From positions 7,620 to 71,619 of the IMG/VR virus record IMGVR_UViG_3300049321_000004: DNA of 64,000 bases, one strand, 5' to 3'. The stretch is from a virus. Its lineage: Duplodnaviria; Caudoviricetes. The notes beneath the pieces are model-generated. The model was given only the letters and a program-made list of their open reading frames with translations. It had not been told where the DNA came from and ran no database searches. Shown in pieces: positions 58,190 to 64,000 of the stretch; the first letter of the stretch is position 1; every line of letters begins with the position of its first letter. The translations under genes and the position numbers were made by a program.

Positions 58190-59028
58190 ATGGAACAAGA
58201 AAAAGTCACCAAATGTGGAGGTTGTGGGAAGACAATACCGTACGAGCGGAATACAAAGCGCGCATGCTCTGTTCGTTGTCAGAAGCGTATTCAGAGAGGT
58301 CGGAAAGGACCTTCGGATGCTGTGGCCCAAAAACTACTGGACGACCTTGATCGCAGCCTCAAGGCCGCCACAGCTACCCCGCTGCTGGACATGATCCGTC
58401 GAGAGGTGGGTCACAAAACATTCGAACAGGCTACCTTGAAGCTGGGAACCTTCTGCATTGAGGACATCCGACGTTCCCAAAACCAAATTAAGTACCTAGA
58501 TGATATGGTGAGGAAAGCAACCTACTTGGTCGGCAAGACTATTACTCGGGTTACCGTAGACCACGCTGAACAGCCTGATCCCTTTGGTACCCTATACAAC
58601 ATCAACCTCCACTTTTCATGAAACCCAAACCCGTCTCCCACGTCACTGCCTTGAAGCAGAAGGTGATTGAGCGGATCAAAGCCAAGTCTGGGAAGGCCCA
58701 AGGCCATTCGACTACCTCCAGCGCGGGTAGTGACCTTCCTGTGCCTGACGTTCCGCCCGCTGGGTGGATCAGGAATCCTGAGTACGACAAACTTGGCCCC
58801 AGCGCTGATGTGAAGTTTGTCTTCCATCCCAAGGTCCTTCAGGTTGTGAAGGCTCCCGTCGAAAACCACGGTTCCGTAAACGACTTGGCCCGCTCTGTCA
58901 TCTTCTCACGGGTGAAGCAGCCTGTTTCCACCGATCTCTCGAAATCCCAACTTCACTCCAGCAAGGGTCATGAAGCTGAGCGGCAGGGAAAAGCAACTTC
59001 TCAGGATTCTGGCACGGGGCCTGAGTAA
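58190..59028 (+). CDS. Zn-finger protein (58190-58621) and hypothetical protein (58618-59028)
   Basis: CGGCG..CSVRC; promoter TTGACT-16-TAGTAT upstream. Confidence 0.6.
58691..58757 (+). repeat. Dispersed element, copy 15 (intragenic)
   Basis: GGAA GGCC CAA GGCC A TTCG-34 nt-CTGACGTTCCGCC; 20-nt exact match to copy 10. Confidence 0.85.
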
Positions 59029-59176
59029 TGCGCAGGCGGCTGCTACCATGGGCATCTCCCCTAAAACTGTCAGCGTCATGAAGGGCAATGTCCGCAGGAA
59101 GATTGACGGACCCTCTCCCATTAAAACCAGATTCCCAGAATGGCTAAAGAACAACAGATCCTCCTATGAACACTGA
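58970..59176 (+). CDS. LuxR/GerE-type HTH regulator
   Basis: LSGREKQLLRILARGLSNAQAAATMGISPKTV. Confidence 0.85.
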   Translation: MKLSGREKQLLRILARGLSNAQAAATMGISPKTVSVMKGNVRRKIDGPSPIKTRFPEWLKNNRSSYEH

Positions 59177-60830
59177 AAATCCACTCATCGTACACCTCGT
59201 CATGGACGCCCGCTCTGGAATCCTTGGCGTATTCCAGACAGAACCTGAAGCCGACGTAAGACTTCAGGAGGCCATCGACTCAGGAACCGACCTAGGCTAC
59301 TTCAAACGGGAACTTGGAATTCCGTTTTTGGAGGGACCTCTGTGAACTACCTTCTGATTTCCATCACCCTCATTGGATCTCTTTTTGTTCTTGCCGCTGC
59401 CGGACTGGCAATTTTCACAGGCATCGACATGATGCGAACGGCATGGGCCGGAGTCTTGATGCGGTGGATCATGGGTCCGCTGAACATTCTCATGGGCTTG
59501 CTTGCCATTCTTCTTTACGCAACCCTCTTCATGGTCGTTGCGTCTTCCAAATGAATCAAAAAACGACCGTATGAAAAAGCTCGCTCTAAAACTCCTTTCC
59601 CAATGGCTGGGACTGTCCTACCAGAAACCAGAGGTGTTTGTGGTAACTGAACGAAGTGGAATCGACTCCGTTTGGTTTAGCCGCCACAACGCCCAGAAGC
59701 ATGTGGATGAAATGACGACCAAGGCAAAGGTTGAGGGAGTTGACTTTGGATTCCGAATCGCCTCACCGAAAGACTGTGGGAACTACATTCTCGACGCCCA
59801 AGATGGGCTGTACCGACTCCCCGCCAAAGACACGCGTGGGCCGGTACAGGTGAAGCCCAAGACCCAGCCTGCCAAGGGGAAGGAGGGAGCATGAGATTCC
59901 TCTGGAAATCCATCGTGGTCACCTTTTTGTTTCTGGTCTGCGTCTGGCTCATTGGTTTCCTAGGTCCTCTTCCGAAGAGAGTTTTTGAGCATGGGTGGAA
60001 GACGTGGGAACAAAATCTCGGAGACGACACCACCTCCCACCCCAAGCAAGACCCGTCATGATCGCATACAGCACCATTCGCGACTTTCTTTTCCAAGAGC
60101 GTAGACGCATCAAGGGGCTAGGTGGAGACGACATTCCCGTGGGGAAGATCGATGACTTCATGTCACGGTACGATGATTGCGTGACAATGCGACGAGAGAA
60201 CGTGGAGGCTGTCATTCTCGACTTCCTGAACCCCTACGAACTCACGATTCCAGCCAAATGGGCTGAACACTGCAAGACCTTGAAGGCAGCACTTCTGAAG
60301 TCCTCCCGATTCACCCGTCTTCGTATGTCCCGTGGACTCCCCTTCAAATCACACCGCCAACCTGTATGAAAACTGATGACAAGATAGCCATTCTTGAGGG
60401 CACGATTACCCTCCAAGAGGAAGAGAACGCCAGATTGCGAGCACAATTGGACTGGTTCGCCCTGTCTCAGGACCAGTGGCGAACCAGATACCTTCTTGAA
60501 CACCCTGAGGCGGACAACTGGGAGTCTGTCTCAGACATGGAGCCTTGAAATTGTGCCGCCATGATCCTATCCCAACTAATCTCTGAACTACAGAAGCTAC
60601 AGGCCCGTCTCAAATCCGCGTGGGCTCAATTTCTCCGCCATCGCCGTGAGCAACAGTGCCTGAAAAAGTGTGGCAACGTCACATACTGCCCACGCTGCCG
60701 TGAGATCCTCACCGACAAAGGGCGAGTCCTTGATGACTCAGGCGGTGTGGTGACCATGCAGTGTCCGTGTGGATTGAACAGCCGTTGGCTCTTTGACGCG
60801 CCCTGCCCGATCCTTCTCCCTGAATCTTGA
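59166..60830 (+). CDS. Cluster of small hypothetical genes (59166-59345, 59342-59554 membrane, 59571-59894, 59995-60369, 60366-60548, 60561-60830)
   Basis: Packed, mostly ATGA-coupled rightward ORFs. Confidence 0.5.
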
Positions 60831-61129
60831 ACCTCACCCCAACCCTCTCCTGCGCCGACTGGCTGGCGCTGGGGAACCAACCGATACCCGAAACGATAAT
60901 GAAAGGAATTGAAAAAACCGAAGGCGTCTGCGGAGGATCTGCCTGCATCGAAGACACCCGTATTCCGGTCTACGTTATCTACGGTCTCGCAGTGCAGGGC
61001 GCGGACCTGCATCAGATCACCATGGCTTATCCTCACCTGACCATGATCCAGATTTCCACAGCGTGTCTGTACGCAATCCTCCACGAGGACGAAATGAAAC
61101 GTGAACTCAAGGAGAACGAACTACCATGA
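60827..61129 (+). CDS. DUF433-family protein (ATG 60899 possible)
   Basis: GVCGGSACIEDTRIPV..GAD..I..AYPHLT..QI..CL.YA. Confidence 0.85.
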   Translation: MNLTPTLSCADWLALGNQPIPETIMKGIEKTEGVCGGSACIEDTRIPVYVIYGLAVQGADLHQITMAYPHLTMIQISTACLYAILHEDEMKRELKENELP

Positions 61130-62421
61130 CCCCTGACACCACACCTGCACCTATGACGCTGGAAGAGACCAAGCTGGCGCTAGGCTTGTACATCCGAAAG
61201 CATGAACGCTCAGGGACCAAGGAGAGCGTGAGCATGAAGCGACTTCTTGACGCAGCCCTCCACCACCTAGAGACAGCAAAGCGGGACAGTGAGAGGAAGG
61301 TTAGACTGGCTAATCTCTCTACCCCGATGAAGGACTCTTTTCCCAAGATCTTCGAAGGGGAAGAGGTTGTGCTTGATGTCTGCGAAACTATGCCTCGGTG
61401 GGACTGCGTGGACGACAAATGGGTACAGCGAAAATTCGGAACTATGGAGTACGAAAAAGCGCTATTTGAGGACATCATCGTCTTCCATGACTTCGAGAGA
61501 AAAGATGGAGCGGTGATCCGCGTTCGAAGAACTGACGCCGCCATGTCCACAAAGAAGGAGGGAGGCTCGTGAAGGCCTACTGCGTCGATGCCAGCCCGTG
61601 TCCTCCTGATCGCATTAGTGAGCATGAACTGGTGGAGGGGGCGCTCTATAACATCGAGTACGTGGATCCTCCGCGCTGGCCCGGTGACGAATACGCAGTG
61701 CGTGTAACGGGCAACCGGACGTGGTGGATCAAATCCGGCAAGGAATCCCTCTGGAGAGCCAGCCGCTTCTGTCGTCCCAACCGGCAGCACGACATCTCCA
61801 TTGACCTCAGCAAACCCAAGCCAGAGCCGGTAGAGAGCGGCTTTGATGTCGTATGAGAAAACAAGACATGGCAGACGTATCCCGACGCCTCCGTGAACAA
61901 TCCAAGCGAACCATGAAAACACCTTCTATTCCACAGGCCCTAGATGCCCCTCCTTCCATGCACGAAGGACGACGCTGGAGATCCCGTCACCAGAAGAAGA
62001 ACCTGACATGGTGGATGGGCCTCTTCCTGTCCTTGGTCTGGCTCTACGGCGTCTACCGTGCTCTACGGGCCTTCCCACTGCTTCCTGACATCCACCACTC
62101 ACCAGAAGCCTTCTGGGAGGTCATCGGTTCAGGACTGGCGCTACTGATGGTGTCTGTGGCACTGATTGTATGGGCTGTGAAGAAACGGCAATGAACCAAT
62201 CCGAACCATTCCATCCACAACTGATGCGTCCATCCAGACAAGGGGAGCGGCCTCTGTTGTTTGGATTTGAGTGTGACCATTGCGGGACTGTCTGGATGCA
62301 GGAGATGAAAGATGGCATGTGTGTGGGAAGATGTCCCTCATGCAACAAGCCCATCACCTCCTTCACGGCCATGACCATCCTCAAGGAATGGCACTACGGA
62401 GAACTGATTGCTTACTCCTGA
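61126..62421 (+). CDS. Four hypothetical genes (61126-61572, 61569-61856, 61853-62194 membrane, 62191-62421)
   Basis: Coupled rightward ORFs. Confidence 0.55.
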
Positions 62422-62637
62422 CTACTTCCCCATCTTCGCCCGAAACGCCTTCCACTCCAGCCACCACAGGATAATGGGCTGGATCCACGGGTAAGGTTCA
62501 GACCTGTCCTGCTCCCAGTTCCTGAGGGTATTAACCGAGAACCCAGATGGGAACACTGCTGCCATCTCGTCCTGCGTAAGGTTGTGTTTCTTACGAATGG
62601 CGATGATTTTTGCAGCAAATGAGTCCTGTTCAGGCAC
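62422..62637 (-). CDS. XRE-family HTH protein
   Basis: IRKKHNLTQDEMA..SVNTLRNWEQDRSEP. Confidence 0.9.
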   Translation of the reverse strand: MPEQDSFAAKIIAIRKKHNLTQDEMAAVFPSGFSVNTLRNWEQDRSEPYPWIQPIILWWLEWKAFRAKMGK

Positions 62638-62704
62638 GGGCCATTCTCCGCATCATGCGTAGTTTTGCAAGACTGAAGTTGACCCATGGGGTAGGATTCA
62701 CCTC

Positions 62705-64000
62705 ATGTCAGGCAACAAGTGGACCAAGCAGAAGGAGAAGGGACTGCCGCCTCCCTACATCCAGCCACCCCAAGAATACTACGAACGCTACGGGGCCCGT
62801 CACAAGGTATATGCAGTTCCCAACGTAGAGTGGTGGCAGTACCTCGTGGTGGCCCAGATTGAGGCCATGTGCTTCCGGTGCGCCTGTGGCGACAAGGGTA
62901 CCCACAAGTGGAAAGGGCTAAAATCCCCCGCCTACCACTTCCGCCAGTTCTGCGAAGCCGTCTGGAACCACCCATGGAGCAAGAAGCGCTTCGAGTGGAA
63001 CCCCTACGCCATCAAAATGCTTCAGGCGATCATGAAGCATGACTACGTGGCCGTAGCTTCCCACACAGCAGCCGGAAAATCTCATGGTGCCGCAATCTTC
63101 GCGAATGCGCTGTTTCTGATGCGTCCTGACCAGACCACGGTACTGACAACCTCCACCAACCTCAAAGAAGCCCGTGGGCGCGTCTGGGGCAAGATTACCG
63201 ACTACTGGAACCAAGCCTGCGCCAGCTTTGGCGGTGAAGAGAATTTGCCCGGCAAGTTGGTGGACTCCCAAGGCTTCATCCGTTCCTACATGCTCTTTCC
63301 GGGTGAGACTGAGAAGCGAGCCTCCGACATTTCTGGCATCCGCATGATTGCCGGGGAGAAGAGTTCAGAGAAGGAATCTCTTGGAAAGCTCATCGGCTTC
63401 CACAACGAGTACGTCATCTTCATCGCAGATGAGCATCCTGACCTTTCTCCAGCCCTCCTTGTAGCGGCGGAGACCAACCTTTCTGCTGGCGCTCACTTCA
63501 AGATGCTCAGCCTCGGAAACCCCAAGAAGCGCTTTGATGCCTTTGGCGAGTTCTGTGAACCTGCTGAAGGATGGGACTGGCTGACACAAGAGAAGGAGGT
63601 GTGGAAGACGAAGCGGGGAGGGGTTTGCCTCAGGTTTGATGGAGCCAGATGCCCCAATGTGATTCACAAACAGGTGAAAGGTGAAGAGGATCTTGTGGGT
63701 CTCCTGACATGGGATGTGTACGACAAGGCTATGCGAGATCACGGAGAGTCCTCCGCCTTCTTCTACCGCATGATGCGCGGCATGTGGTCCCCAACTGGGG
63801 AAGCTGACTCCATCTACAACGAGGAGGACTTCATCAAGTACAACACCCTGAAGTCAGCCAAGGACATGCCATGGGAGGAGATCCCCATTCCTGTGGCAGC
63901 TTGTGACCCTTCCTACGAGCACGGAGGGGACAAGGCCATCGCATGGTTTGGCCTGTGCGGGTACATCAAACGTGAAGATGGGAAGAGACTGCGAATCCTA
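62705..64000 (+). CDS. terL: Terminase large subunit (3'-truncated by window end; absent from ORF track)
   Basis: Open frame from ATG 62705; Walker A ASHTAAGKS, Walker B VIFIADE, coupling motif LSLGNP. Confidence 0.9.
   Translation, partial: MSGNKWTKQKEKGLPPPYIQPPQEYYERYGARHKVYAVPNVEWWQYLVVAQIEAMCFRCACGDKGTHKWKGLKSPAYHFRQFCEAVWNHPWSKKRFEWNPYAIKMLQAIMKHDYVAVASHTAAGKSHGAAIFANALFLMRPDQTTVLTTSTNLKEARGRVWGKITDYWNQACASFGGEENLPGKLVDSQGFIRSYMLFPGETEKRASDISGIRMIAGEKSSEKESLGKLIGFHNEYVIFIADEHPDLSPALLVAAETNLSAGAHFKMLSLGNPKKRFDAFGEFCEPAEGWDWLTQEKEVWKTKRGGVCLRFDGARCPNVIHKQVKGEEDLVGLLTWDVYDKAMRDHGESSAFFYRMMRGMWSPTGEADSIYNEEDFIKYNTLKSAKDMPWEEIPIPVAACDPSYEHGGDKAIAWFGLCGYIKREDGKRLRIL

Noticed and set aside
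36296-58757. Calling the dispersed elements a CRISPR/TIGR array or true integron attC sites
   Set aside because: They are not tandem, lack full inverted arms, and no cas, Nop-domain or integron integrase gene is recognisable; kept only as analogies
1-64000. Diversity-generating retroelement, retron or integrated-prophage signatures
   Set aside because: No reverse transcriptase, TR/VR pair, integrase or host flanking genes visible

Overview
The window is most of a tailed-phage genome with podovirus-like architecture, apparently opened just after the terminase large subunit. A rightward virion module (1-29,960) encodes portal, scaffold, major capsid, small virion proteins, a lipoprotein/papain/holin/M15 endolysin block, a glycan-modifying block and internal proteins up to ~2,500 aa. 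The mosaic early/accessory region (30-62.7 kb) has many small genes in alternating operons, three tRNA or tRNA-like genes, HNH/GIY-YIG/RuvC nucleases, an initiator fragment plus a DnaC-like loader, small regulators, terS and a partial terL. I saw no integrase, DNA/RNA polymerase, helicase, reverse transcriptase or CRISPR array. Starts mostly lack Shine-Dalgarno motifs; a PVC-superphylum host is only a guess. Three signals are not explained by the ORF track. (1) A family of 15 dispersed ~65-bp elements with a covarying mini-hairpin, a 30-36 nt variable middle and a conserved CTGACG box, confined to the early region and sitting at gene and protein-domain junctions. (2) Three promoter-preceded, highly base-paired non-coding regions of ~470-740 nt, one antisense between scaffold and capsid with a tRNA-elbow-like module. 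(3) A tRNA cluster with two non-canonical members. Protein calls come from motif recognition by eye and RNA structures from manual pairing; nothing was searched or computed.
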